IMG/VR virus record: IMGVR_UViG_3300049793_000366
Coordinates: 434,001 to 498,000 of that record
Strand: one strand, 5' to 3'
DNA length: 64,000 bases
Shown piece by piece: positions 28,575 to 36,662 of the stretch; within the stretch, counting starts at the first letter, position 1; the number at the start of each line of letters is the position of its first letter. The notes under the pieces are model-generated. The model was not told where the DNA came from. It ran no database searches and worked only from the letters and a program-made list of their open reading frames with translations. The position numbers and the translations under genes are program-made.

Positions 28575-28744
28575 TGGAAAAAATTAAAAAAGAACAATTT
28601 GCTGTTTATGAGAAAAAACCAGCTCATCAAAAAGACGTTAATGGTATCATTTTAGCTCCATATAATACCAAAGAAGAGGCTGAAAAAGCTGGTACTAAAT
28701 ATGGTTACTCTGGGGATAACTATTATGTTGATAAATTAATATAG
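28574..28744 (+). CDS. small hypothetical protein (56 aa, absent from ORF track)
   Basis: TAATG-coupled, MEKIKKEQFAVYEKKP...YYVDKLI*, fills the gap. Confidence 0.6.
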   Translation: MEKIKKEQFAVYEKKPAHQKDVNGIILAPYNTKEEAEKAGTKYGYSGDNYYVDKLI

Positions 28745-28746
28745 AC

Positions 28747-28992
28747 ATGAGAGGATTTTGTAAATGTAGAGTAACATTCAAAAAAGATATACACACCTAC
28801 GTTGGTAACCAAATATATGAATACCGTATATATGGTAGTATGTATACCGTTGAGACACCATCACTGCTTAACCCAGATTTAAGTGTCGGGTATCAATTCA
28901 GTCAAAAAGCATTTGATGAGCAATTTGATGAGTTTACCCAGCAACAAATAAGAGAAATGAGATTAGATACCGTATTAAAAGACAATGAGTAA
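28747..28992 (+). CDS. CxC-family small protein, C-tag
   Basis: FCKCRV...GNQIYEY...FDEQF...IREMRLDTVL. Confidence 0.8.
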   Translation: MRGFCKCRVTFKKDIHTYVGNQIYEYRIYGSMYTVETPSLLNPDLSVGYQFSQKAFDEQFDEFTQQQIREMRLDTVLKDNE

Positions 28993-29251
28993 AGAATCAC
29001 AACTAATAGAAGGCTATGAGAATTTCAAAGGCTTTGAAGTAAACTCTATTGTCATATGCGTAGATGCCAAAGATTGCATATCCATCAAAGAAGGTGATGA
29101 GTATACCGTATTGAACCAACCACACTATCATAACATGAGAGGCGTTGGTGTAGAGGTTAGTAGTCCAGGTACTTCTAATTTTTATCATCCAGGTCGATTC
29201 ATCAGTAAAGAAGAACTAAGAAATAAGAAAATCCAAACCATATTAGAATGA
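28985..29251 (+). CDS. small protein, C-tag
   Basis: VICVDA...EGDEYTV...LRNKKIQTIL. Confidence 0.8.
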   Translation: MSKESQLIEGYENFKGFEVNSIVICVDAKDCISIKEGDEYTVLNQPHYHNMRGVGVEVSSPGTSNFYHPGRFISKEELRNKKIQTILE

Positions 29252-29550
29252 CTGTACAATTTCATAGAACAGACACCGAGAAGTTTATACTACTCATCTT
29301 CACTGGTGGATCTCCGCTCGATAACCGCAAAGCTCTGGATAACTACCTAAGCGATTTAAAAGTTGATGATAACGGAGAATATGTAGATTATAACCGCTAT
29401 GACTTCTGTGATATCAAATACTATATGGATGTCTTATGCCTCTTATATAAGAAACCACACAGCTTAAACGATGAAGATTTTGTTGATTATAATAAGAACT
29501 ATCCAACAGCACTGAAAAGAATTAAAGGACTAAATAAATTACTGGTATGA
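29248..29550 (+). CDS. hypothetical protein
   Basis: ATGA coupling; ends RIKGLNKLLV (tag-like). Confidence 0.7.
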   Translation: MTVQFHRTDTEKFILLIFTGGSPLDNRKALDNYLSDLKVDDNGEYVDYNRYDFCDIKYYMDVLCLLYKKPHSLNDEDFVDYNKNYPTALKRIKGLNKLLV

Positions 29551-29741
29551 GCCAACGAATGGAAGAATTTAACTACGTAAGTGGTGGGCATCACAATAAA
29601 TTAATTGTGGTTGATATATTATATATGCTAAAGAAACAAATGCGAACAGAAGCTTTTCATAGACCAATTGAAATAGTATCAGACTCAAAAGAACTTCTTA
29701 TAATCGCGGATTATGTCAAAAACAATAAGATAAAATTCTAA
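29547..29741 (+). CDS. hypothetical protein
   Basis: ATGA coupling. Confidence 0.65.
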   Translation: MSQRMEEFNYVSGGHHNKLIVVDILYMLKKQMRTEAFHRPIEIVSDSKELLIIADYVKNNKIKF

Positions 29742-30002
29742 ATGAAATGTATCTGTCATAACGATTTGCTTGAAGGAACAAGGTCAGCTTTCATCAAAGG
29801 TAACATATATGAATATAGTATCTACAACAACGGTAAAACCATATCACTTGGTGGAACTTTCATTGACTTCGAAGGATTCGAATATGTGGCAGACAAACAA
29901 GCACTATCAATTGATATGTTCACCCATTACTTTAGAGATTTAGAAGAACACAGAGATTTAACCATCAATACACTATTAGAATGGCAATGTACCAAGAAGT
30001 AA
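29742..30002 (+). CDS. CxC-family small protein, C-tag
   Basis: MKCIC...KGNIYEY...FTHYF...HRDLTINTLL. Confidence 0.8.
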   Translation: MKCICHNDLLEGTRSAFIKGNIYEYSIYNNGKTISLGGTFIDFEGFEYVADKQALSIDMFTHYFRDLEEHRDLTINTLLEWQCTKK

Positions 30003-30232
30003 GAGATATAGTTTGCACATCATCCAAACTATACCCACAATATATTAAAGGTAAACACTATCGTGGTAACTTTAGGTTATATTGCTGGGATGTCGTAGAT
30101 GAATACAATAACATGATGAACTATGGTATAGATAAATTCAATGAGTATTTCACCGAGTTAGAAGAATTAAGAGATAATAAGATTAAAACAATATTAGATA
30201 ATGAAGTTCAAACCAATATTCAGCATAGGTGA
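29981..30232 (+). CDS. CxC-family small protein, C-tag
   Basis: IVCT...KGKHY...FNEYF...LRDNKIKTIL. Confidence 0.8.
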   Translation: MAMYQEVRDIVCTSSKLYPQYIKGKHYRGNFRLYCWDVVDEYNNMMNYGIDKFNEYFTELEELRDNKIKTILDNEVQTNIQHR

Positions 30233-30431
30233 CTTAGTATATGTGGACACCAATACAATAGCAACCATTCTAAGAACCCGCGCCAATATAGAATTTCTCA
30301 TCGAATACGAAATGTCAAAGAAATACATCAATATGTCAGCTAAACGAAAATACTGGGTCTATTATGAAGTCTTGGTCAAATATAACACAGGTATCATACG
30401 CGAACAAAAGCTCAATAATCTATTACAATGA
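30201..30431 (+). CDS. small protein, C-tag
   Basis: FSIGDLV...IREQKLNNLL. Confidence 0.75.
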   Translation: MKFKPIFSIGDLVYVDTNTIATILRTRANIEFLIEYEMSKKYINMSAKRKYWVYYEVLVKYNTGIIREQKLNNLLQ

Positions 30432-30661
30432 AAGCAAAATGTATTAAACCAATCATAGATGAATTCGGAGACCATCAAATGGAACTAATACTGAATGAGA
30501 ACTATGAATATAGAATAATACTGACCGATAAACCGGCTGATAGGTTCATTTATAAACTCATCGTAAAAAATAAAGAATATTCATTAACAACAGAGTATTT
30601 CGATAGATATCTACTCGACATAACCATTCATAGAGATAACCAACTCGATACACTATTATGA
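30428..30661 (+). CDS. CxC-family small protein, C-tag
   Basis: MKAKCIK...FDRYL...HRDNQLDTLL. Confidence 0.8.
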   Translation: MKAKCIKPIIDEFGDHQMELILNENYEYRIILTDKPADRFIYKLIVKNKEYSLTTEYFDRYLLDITIHRDNQLDTLL

Positions 30662-30927
30662 GCAAGAAAGAAGAAATATCACTCATCTGTATAGAAGATA
30701 TTGTAGACCTGTTCACCAAAGTCGCACAGTTTAAGAAAGGCATAACCTACAAAGCATTCTTAGACCCACTACACATTGTCTACATCTATAATGAATCAGG
30801 CGCACTCTTCCAAAAGTATAACCTGATGAATACCTATGAACACGATGAATATACAAAACACTTCGAGATACCCTGGAGACACCGCGATAATAAAATAAAC
30901 AATATATTGGAAGAACATGGGAACTGA
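30658..30927 (+). CDS. CxC-family small protein, C-tag
   Basis: LICIED...KGITY...HRDNKINNIL. Confidence 0.8.
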   Translation: MSKKEEISLICIEDIVDLFTKVAQFKKGITYKAFLDPLHIVYIYNESGALFQKYNLMNTYEHDEYTKHFEIPWRHRDNKINNILEEHGN

Positions 30928-31153
30928 ATTAAGAATATGTCGGTGCGTCAATGATGCCTATATCGGTTACCGATTAACTATTGAATATAAATTCAGCGTG
31001 GTGTATGTAAACCAACACGTAGATATCTATCGGGTCTATTTGGAAGATAGGTCAACCTTTAACCATTTCACCAAACTACAATTCAATAAATGCTTCATCG
31101 ATTTAACCGCCATAGAAGAAAGAGATACTAACATTCAAAAAGTATTAGAGTAA
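30917..31153 (+). CDS. CxC-family small protein, C-tag
   Basis: ICRCVN...FNKCF...ERDTNIQKVL. Confidence 0.8.
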   Translation: MGTELRICRCVNDAYIGYRLTIEYKFSVVYVNQHVDIYRVYLEDRSTFNHFTKLQFNKCFIDLTAIEERDTNIQKVLE

Positions 31154-31374
31154 TGGAAAAGGAAGAAGAATTAATCATCCGGTGCATAAAAGACACACCC
31201 AGCTTTTTTAAAGATAAATGCTATAAAGCAGTTATCAATCATATAGACCACGAGATTAACATATTCAGTGAATATTTAAAGGTAGAATTTGAATATCCAT
31301 CCTATTACTTCAATGAACATTTCCAATTAGAATGGCAACGCCGTGACCAAATTATAGACTCAATACTCAAATGA
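31153..31374 (+). CDS. CxC-family small protein, C-tag
   Basis: IRCIKD...FNEHF...RRDQIIDSIL. Confidence 0.8.
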   Translation: MEKEEELIIRCIKDTPSFFKDKCYKAVINHIDHEINIFSEYLKVEFEYPSYYFNEHFQLEWQRRDQIIDSILK

Positions 31375-31631
31375 AAGCAATCTGTATTAAACCCATCATT
31401 GAACACATAAACTGGGAAACCATCACTCTATCCGAAGGAGTCATATATGAGTATGAACTGATGATTGATACCGCCCAAGCCACCTTCGGAAGAGTCTATC
31501 AAGTTATGATAAATAATAACCCATATAGTATGAAACCAGAATTCTTTAACAAACATCTTAAAACCATTGACGAACACCGAGAGAAACAATTAGACAAACT
31601 ATTAAATGAAGATAAAAGCCATCTGTATTAA
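31371..31631 (+). CDS. CxC-family small protein, C-tag
   Basis: MKAICIK...EGVIYEY...HREKQLDKLL. Confidence 0.8.
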   Translation: MKAICIKPIIEHINWETITLSEGVIYEYELMIDTAQATFGRVYQVMINNNPYSMKPEFFNKHLKTIDEHREKQLDKLLNEDKSHLY

Positions 31632-31857
31632 AACATTCAAAGTCGGCTATGGAATCAAAGAATCCAACTTCATCGAAGGGGAAATCTATGACTATGAACG
31701 ACTACTCATCGGTATTATGAATAATGATACCAGAGAATATAGAATACATTCGGGTGATAACCATTTCAAATTAAACCCGCAATTCTTTAAACAACACCTG
31801 ATGGACTTAGAACTATACAGAGAGAAACAATTAAAAGACGTATTGAATGAGCGATAG
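31606..31857 (+). CDS. CxC-family small protein, C-tag
   Basis: KAICIK...EGEIYDY...YREKQLKDVL. Confidence 0.8.
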   Translation: MKIKAICIKTFKVGYGIKESNFIEGEIYDYERLLIGIMNNDTREYRIHSGDNHFKLNPQFFKQHLMDLELYREKQLKDVLNER

Positions 31858-32221
31858 AATGATACCAGAACAATTAGATACACTTATCTGTATTGAAGAC
31901 TATTATGAAAAACTCACCTATGGTAACTATAAACTGAACATCCTATTCAAAAAAGGCAAACAATACATCGCCTATGAACTCAGAGGTATAGTCTATGTAC
32001 TAAATGAACAAAGCCTATTCGTACAGTTTAACCTTCTCACCAGTAAAGAACTATCCGATTACAATAGACACTTTACCGTACTAAGTACACACAGAGAAAC
32101 ATTGATTGATTCTATTATTACTAATAACATTGAGAAAGATGAAACGGTTAAAGAAAGCGAGCCGCAGGCGAGCTGTAGAGCTTCCGAACCCTTAAATTCA
32201 TTAAATCCTCCGCGAGATTAG
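31847..32221 (+). CDS. CxC-family protein, C-tag followed by an extension
   Basis: LICIED...KGKQY...HRETLIDSII. Confidence 0.75.
   Translation: MSDRMIPEQLDTLICIEDYYEKLTYGNYKLNILFKKGKQYIAYELRGIVYVLNEQSLFVQFNLLTSKELSDYNRHFTVLSTHRETLIDSIITNNIEKDETVKESEPQASCRASEPLNSLNPPRD
32156..32174 (+). other. GNA-triloop mini-hairpin with tandem G.A mismatches
   Basis: AGC-GA-GCC-GCA-GGC-GA-GCT, GC-rich in an AT-rich context. Confidence 0.6.
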
Positions 32222-32243
32222 TCGAAATTAACCATATTCCACC

Positions 32244-32480
32244 ATGATAACATTTACCAAACAATGCATCTGTATAAACGACAAGAACCCAGTATCACAG
32301 GAACAAACCCTGTTCAGAAAAGGAACCATCTATGGCTACGAATTTATGACAGAAGGTATCTATAAAGACGAATACGTTCTGAGCATTAATACAATGGGTC
32401 TTCCACCAGATATGTTCAACCACTATATGATGGACTTACAAGAATACAGAGAGAAACTACTAAACAACCTAACCGATTAG
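32244..32480 (+). CDS. CxC-family small protein, C-tag
   Basis: QCICIND...KGTIYGY...YREKLLNNL. Confidence 0.8.
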   Translation: MITFTKQCICINDKNPVSQEQTLFRKGTIYGYEFMTEGIYKDEYVLSINTMGLPPDMFNHYMMDLQEYREKLLNNLTD

Positions 32481-32483
32481 AAA

Positions 32484-32702
32484 ATGGGCTATATTACCAC
32501 CGTCATATGTACCGAAACTGTTAAGAATATTACCATAGAGTATAAGAAAGGTCAACACTATGAAGCATACTTCTACCTCGATAAAGTTAGTATCAACCAT
32601 AACAATACCTCGATAGAATATGAATGTGATGAATTTTTTAAAGAACACTTCAAACCACTCTATAAACACCGAGATAATCAAATCAATAACATATTAGATT
32701 AA
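32484..32702 (+). CDS. CxC-family small protein, C-tag
   Basis: VICTET...KGQHYE...FKEHF...HRDNQINNIL. Confidence 0.8.
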   Translation: MGYITTVICTETVKNITIEYKKGQHYEAYFYLDKVSINHNNTSIEYECDEFFKEHFKPLYKHRDNQINNILD

Positions 32703-33022
32703 TGTACACCGAAGAAGAATTAGAATATACCTGGCAAAACTATCATAAGAATCAAAAACATTGGTTCAAATGTATATGTATAAAATCATTCGGTATATAC
32801 GAAGCCGGTAACATATATGAATATAACATAAACAAAACAAATGTCACCGATACCTCAAACGGCTATAAATCATATATCAAATGGGATTTCTATGTAAAGT
32901 TCGAGAAATACCCAAAACTATACACAGATACCAATATAGTAAGATATAACCAATTCATAGAATGTATGATAGATGTATCAAAATATAGAGAGAATCAAAT
33001 CAATAACATATTAGAACAATGA
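32702..33022 (+). CDS. CxC-family protein, C-tag
   Basis: KCICIK...AGNIYEY...YRENQINNIL. Confidence 0.8.
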   Translation: MYTEEELEYTWQNYHKNQKHWFKCICIKSFGIYEAGNIYEYNINKTNVTDTSNGYKSYIKWDFYVKFEKYPKLYTDTNIVRYNQFIECMIDVSKYRENQINNILEQ

Positions 33023-33252
33023 TTCAGATAGATTCATGTACAACCTGTCCAAATTGTGGTAATGGCTCATTATCAGAAGTTAAAGTATATCTAAATAAGA
33101 ATGTACTTGGACTAACATATAAGAAATACTCACATACTAAACAAGTATGCCTGTTCAACTATAAAACAAGCATGGGTATATGTAACTATGACTCAGATAA
33201 TACATTAGACGTTATAAGAGATAATAAACTTCAAACACTATTAGACCAGTAA
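33019..33252 (+). CDS. small Zn-ribbon-like protein, C-tag
   Basis: CPNCG...C...C; IRDNKLQTLL. Confidence 0.75.
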   Translation: MIQIDSCTTCPNCGNGSLSEVKVYLNKNVLGLTYKKYSHTKQVCLFNYKTSMGICNYDSDNTLDVIRDNKLQTLLDQ

Positions 33253-33491
33253 TGATAAACACACTAATCAAACAAGGATTCGTCTATGATATGGAAGATA
33301 ACCTCTGGTATGATGAAAACATCTACCGTATCAAATATAAACTCAGAGTCAGTATTCTAAAACGTATAGACGGTTCTTATAAAGCTACACTATATACAGG
33401 TGGGTATAATAACTCAATGACCATTAATAACTCATATGAATTAGAAGCCGCTATAAGAGATTCACAATTAGAACGATTAATGAAAGTATGA
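33252..33491 (+). CDS. small protein, C-tag
   Basis: Ends IRDSQLERLM. Confidence 0.75.
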   Translation: MINTLIKQGFVYDMEDNLWYDENIYRIKYKLRVSILKRIDGSYKATLYTGGYNNSMTINNSYELEAAIRDSQLERLMKV

Positions 33492-33730
33492 AAGTTATAT
33501 GTATTAAGAACTATAAACATACCGGCTTCGATATGATGTTCTTTATGGATAATTTATATGATGCTGATATATCCAAAGATATGGCTTATGTATGTAGCAA
33601 TCAATACCTGATGGGTAAACAAGTATCCTTTGGTATGTCCTATGATGAATTCTATGAACACTTTAAAGTATTAGCAGATTATAGAGAAGAACAAATTAAT
33701 AACCTTCTTATAGAAAACAAACATGATTAA
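33488..33730 (+). CDS. CxC-family small protein, C-tag
   Basis: MKVICIK...FYEHF...YREEQINNLL. Confidence 0.8.
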   Translation: MKVICIKNYKHTGFDMMFFMDNLYDADISKDMAYVCSNQYLMGKQVSFGMSYDEFYEHFKVLADYREEQINNLLIENKHD

Positions 33731-34013
33731 TAAAATTATATGTATCAAAAGCTATGTACAAAAAGGTTCAATATCCTCTTATAGCTTTACTTTCTTAGAA
33801 GGACATACATATGAGTATAATCCATTAGAAGAGGTTGGTGGTGTGATAGTAACACTATATACAGGAGAATATAGGAACACACATAGAGTAGGATTCAATA
33901 TTACCCGTGGTGAATTCTATGAACACTTTAAGATACTAAAAGATTATAGAGAAGAACAAATAGACAGCTTGCTTGCGAACGAAGTGAGCAGTCTGAATAA
34001 TTTAAACAGTTAG
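33723..34013 (+). CDS. CxC-family small protein, C-tag
   Basis: IICIK...EGHTYEY...FYEHF...YREEQIDSLL. Confidence 0.8.
   Translation: MINKIICIKSYVQKGSISSYSFTFLEGHTYEYNPLEEVGGVIVTLYTGEYRNTHRVGFNITRGEFYEHFKILKDYREEQIDSLLANEVSSLNNLNS
33974..33990 (+). other. GNA-triloop mini-hairpin with tandem G.A mismatches
   Basis: TGC-GA-AC-GAA-GT-GA-GCA. Confidence 0.6.
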
Positions 34014-34025
34014 AACAATTACACT

Positions 34026-34244
34026 ATGAAGACAGTTTTATTATGTATGAAGAGTAATCACTATTCAGATAGACATAAACAAGAGTTTGAAAAAGGTAGA
34101 TTATATAACGCACAAGTAGTCGATAATAGAGTCAAGATTACAGATGATTTAGGTAATACAAACTCATTCTCATTCATATATGTTTATCAGTATTTTGTAG
34201 ATGCTGCTGAATATAGGAAGGAACAGATAGATAAAATACTGTGA
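34026..34244 (+). CDS. CxC-family small protein, C-tag
   Basis: LLCMK...KGRLYN...YQYF...YRKEQIDKIL. Confidence 0.8.
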   Translation: MKTVLLCMKSNHYSDRHKQEFEKGRLYNAQVVDNRVKITDDLGNTNSFSFIYVYQYFVDAAEYRKEQIDKIL

Positions 34245-34392
34245 AATGAGTTAAAATGTATATGCTAAATTTGACTGTTTTCGCAGATTTACATGACGTT
34301 TATGTGAAGCCTGTTTGCGGGAACTATTATAATGCCACACTTGTACCACCTTAGTTGTCAGTCTATGTCTAACCTTGTCAGCCAGTCAGAAC

Positions 34393-34497
34393 CCGTCAGA
34401 TTGTTCATAACTTCTATTTTATCCACAATTTATGGACATAAGGTTGTTGATAACTTTCTATCAGTCTGACGGTAATCTTTTATTAAATTTAAACAAT
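34393..34497. promoter_or_regulatory. DnaA-box-like cluster bracketed by an 8-bp inverted repeat and followed by an AT-rich tract (origin-like)
   Basis: TTATCCACA 34419-27, TGTTGATAA 34445-53, TGTTCATAA 34402-10, TTATGGACA 34430-38; CCGTCAGA 34393 and TCTGACGG 34465. Confidence 0.55.
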
Positions 34498-34713
34498 ATG
34501 GAAACACCAATCACTGATAAACAAATAGTTGAGTATTTAAAATACTTGAAGACCGAATTCACTGAACTATGTAAAACTCCGGATAGGAGTATAAAAGAAA
34601 TGTCTTACCGTAGTGTATTACTTGAGATGTTTCAGATTGAGACTAACAATGAGAAACACTTCGATGTACTTAGTAAAACACTAAATGACTATCGTATATC
34701 AAAGCGTAATTAA
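34498..34713 (+). CDS. hypothetical protein
   Basis: Start moved to ATG 34498; stop codon supplied by the repeat (AAT TAA). Confidence 0.65.
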   Translation: METPITDKQIVEYLKYLKTEFTELCKTPDRSIKEMSYRSVLLEMFQIETNNEKHFDVLSKTLNDYRISKRN

Positions 34714-34790
34714 AATGCCACACCTCAAAGCCTTATTCGGTGAGCATTCAAATTATAATGCCACAGTCTGACGGAGTTAAAGTGCCACAC

Positions 34791-34809
34791 TGCTCGTCTC
34801 CGACTCGCA
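34791..34809 (-). other. GNA-triloop mini-hairpin with tandem G.A mismatches
   Basis: Minus strand TGC-GA-GTC-GGA-GAC-GA-GCA. Confidence 0.6.
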
Positions 34810-34842
34810 TTAAACTACCACACCTTTCGGACATATAATGGT

Positions 34843-35070
34843 ATGTTTCAATCTATGAATGAGTTAGAGGTAAAGGCTGACGGTATGTTATGCTACAATG
34901 GTGTAAAGCTTCTTAGTGTTGAGGCTTTGAGTGACTTTGTATCTCTAACTGGGTTTGAACCTTTACAGGCTTTACAGACGTACTATATAACCACTCAAAC
35001 ACATCAGAGGAATCAAAAGCTTGAGATTCTATTTGATGGAGTTAAAGTGCCACACCTCAAACCGTTATAG
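34843..35070 (+). CDS. hypothetical protein, C-tag
   Basis: QRNQKLEILF, then runs through a repeat copy. Confidence 0.65.
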   Translation: MFQSMNELEVKADGMLCYNGVKLLSVEALSDFVSLTGFEPLQALQTYYITTQTHQRNQKLEILFDGVKVPHLKPL

Positions 35071-35101
35071 GGAGAATAAGTTAGAAGTCTTGTTGAATTA
35101 A
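35036..35101 (+). CDS. 21-aa mini-ORF consisting mostly of the C-tag
   Basis: MELKCHTSNRYRENKLEVLLN*, lying between two repeat copies. Confidence 0.35.
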   Translation: MELKCHTSNRYRENKLEVLLN

Positions 35102-35156
35102 AATGCCACACCTCAACGCCTTATCTGGTAAGGATTAGAATTAAAATGCCACACTT

Positions 35157-35381
35157 ATGTTTAATATAGGAGATAGAGTTAAAGAATTGGGTAGGGATTG
35201 TTATAGGGATGAGCCTATTGAGATAATATCTACGCTCAAGGAGAATAAGCGATATCATTTAAAGTATTTGAATGTATTTAATGTACAGGGTACTAATATG
35301 TTATTCTGGGTTCATGAAGATGATATTATCTTAGACAAGGAGTATTATAGGGATAAGAAGATTAATGAGGTGTTGAATTAA
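35157..35381 (+). CDS. small protein (KOW-like start), C-tag
   Basis: FNIGDRV...YRDKKINEVLN*; flanked by repeats on both sides. Confidence 0.8.
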   Translation: MFNIGDRVKELGRDCYRDEPIEIISTLKENKRYHLKYLNVFNVQGTNMLFWVHEDDIILDKEYYRDKKINEVLN

Positions 35382-35392
35382 AATGCCACACT

Positions 35393-35812
35393 TTATCTTT
35401 CTCTATCAACTTCCATTTTCATAATAGCCAGACATTCTTGAACATCTGCTACGATTTCATCAGCAGTAGCTTTGGTTGACTGCATGGTTTTCATAGACAT
35501 TTCAATCATTCTGATGGAGCTTTGTAGGCTTTTAATAAGTCTAATCTCTTCTTCTCTTGCTATATCGAGACCTTGTTGTATACCTAACTGTACTGCACAC
35601 GCCATAACCGATTCTACGTGGCTTCTGCCCTGTTCTTTTCTGCTGTACTCTAAGTTGCGTTTATTGAGTTGTACATCGATGTTTTGGCTTGTGGCGAGTA
35701 ATTTACTGGATGTGAGCATAACACCGTCATATGCTTCGAACTTTTTATTAACGATGATTGCGTTATAGGCTTTCATAATGCCTTTCATAATATCGGGAAA
35801 TGTATTTTTCAT
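35393..35812 (-). CDS. hypothetical protein
   Basis: Start moved to MKNTFPD. Confidence 0.7.
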   Translation of the reverse strand: MKNTFPDIMKGIMKAYNAIIVNKKFEAYDGVMLTSSKLLATSQNIDVQLNKRNLEYSRKEQGRSHVESVMACAVQLGIQQGLDIAREEEIRLIKSLQSSIRMIEMSMKTMQSTKATADEIVADVQECLAIMKMEVDRER

Positions 35813-35823
35813 GTCTTGTTGTA

Positions 35824-36030
35824 TTAGAATATTGATGGGAATATTAGGTCTAAAGCACCTGCGAGATATAATAGTATCATTATAAGAAGAGATATGCCAA
35901 TTTTCCAATTTCGCTCTCTTTTAAACATTTCTTTTGCTTCATCTGAATACTGTTCCATGAAGTTCAAGGAACTAAATATAACATATACTGTGAATATAAA
36001 TAAGATGAGTATTTGTATAAATAATTTCAT
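35824..36030 (-). CDS. small membrane protein
   Basis: Two hydrophobic segments; promoter upstream. Confidence 0.7.
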   Translation of the reverse strand: MKLFIQILILFIFTVYVIFSSLNFMEQYSDEAKEMFKRERNWKIGISLLIMILLYLAGALDLIFPSIF

Positions 36031-36073
36031 ATTATGATTAATTTATTAGTTGATATCTTTAGTGTATGGTTTG

Positions 36074-36105
36074 TAAATATACGGATAATATTCCGGATCT
36101 CCAAA
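36074..36105 (-). promoter_or_regulatory. Bacteroidota-type promoter with palindromic spacer
   Basis: TTTG-gagatCCGGAATATTATCCG-TATATTTA. Confidence 0.8.
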
Positions 36106-36143
36106 TGAAAACAACTTAGATAGGGTTGTATCGTATAATTAAA

Positions 36144-36401
36144 ATGCCACACCAACCATATCATATGTTATTACCGAAGGTTCGAAATGTATCACCGAGT
36201 ACATTGGGTCAGAATATACAGATTATTAACACTGCGTATATGATACCAATGCGAAAGTGTTGTGATTGTGGTAATGTGATTAATATAATAGATGATGAGT
36301 TTGAGACAAAGCCTCGTATGTTTTTGTGGGTTAAGTTGGAGACTGATTATAGGTGTTGTGTATGTATGCGTGATAATAAGATTCGTAAGATATTTAAGTG
36401 A
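36144..36401 (+). CDS. CxxC...CxxC small protein, C-tag
   Basis: ATG supplied by the repeat (MPH); CCDCG...CCVC-MRDNKIRKIF. Confidence 0.7.
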   Translation: MPHQPYHMLLPKVRNVSPSTLGQNIQIINTAYMIPMRKCCDCGNVINIIDDEFETKPRMFLWVKLETDYRCCVCMRDNKIRKIFK

Positions 36402-36625
36402 TGTCTGGACTTACTTGTATATGTAAAGCTGACCATGCTTATCGGTTTATCAAGGGTAGGACTTATACTTATATGATAATTAATGGGCGGTTTAGTGTTT
36501 TAAATAGGGATGCTAAGACTTGGTATAACTTTCACGATGATAACTTCCATGATGATTCGGTTAATTTTCACTTATTTTTTGAGTCTATACGTGATTATAA
36601 TCTAAATGAATTACTGAGCGAATAG
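36398..36625 (+). CDS. CxC-family small protein, C-tag
   Basis: LTCICK...KGRTYTY...IRDYNLNELL. Confidence 0.8.
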   Translation: MMSGLTCICKADHAYRFIKGRTYTYMIINGRFSVLNRDAKTWYNFHDDNFHDDSVNFHLFFESIRDYNLNELLSE

Positions 36626-36626
36626 A

Positions 36627-36658
36627 TTTGGTAATACCGGACTTTATCAATATATTTG
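36627..36658 (+). promoter_or_regulatory. Bacteroidota-type promoter
   Basis: TTTG-N20-TATATTTG, ATG at 36663. Confidence 0.75.
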
Positions 36659-36662
36659 AAAT

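Noticed and set aside
28747-34244. Diversity-generating retroelement producing the variable paralogs
   Set aside because: No reverse transcriptase in the window and no template/variable repeat pair differing only at adenines; divergence is general.
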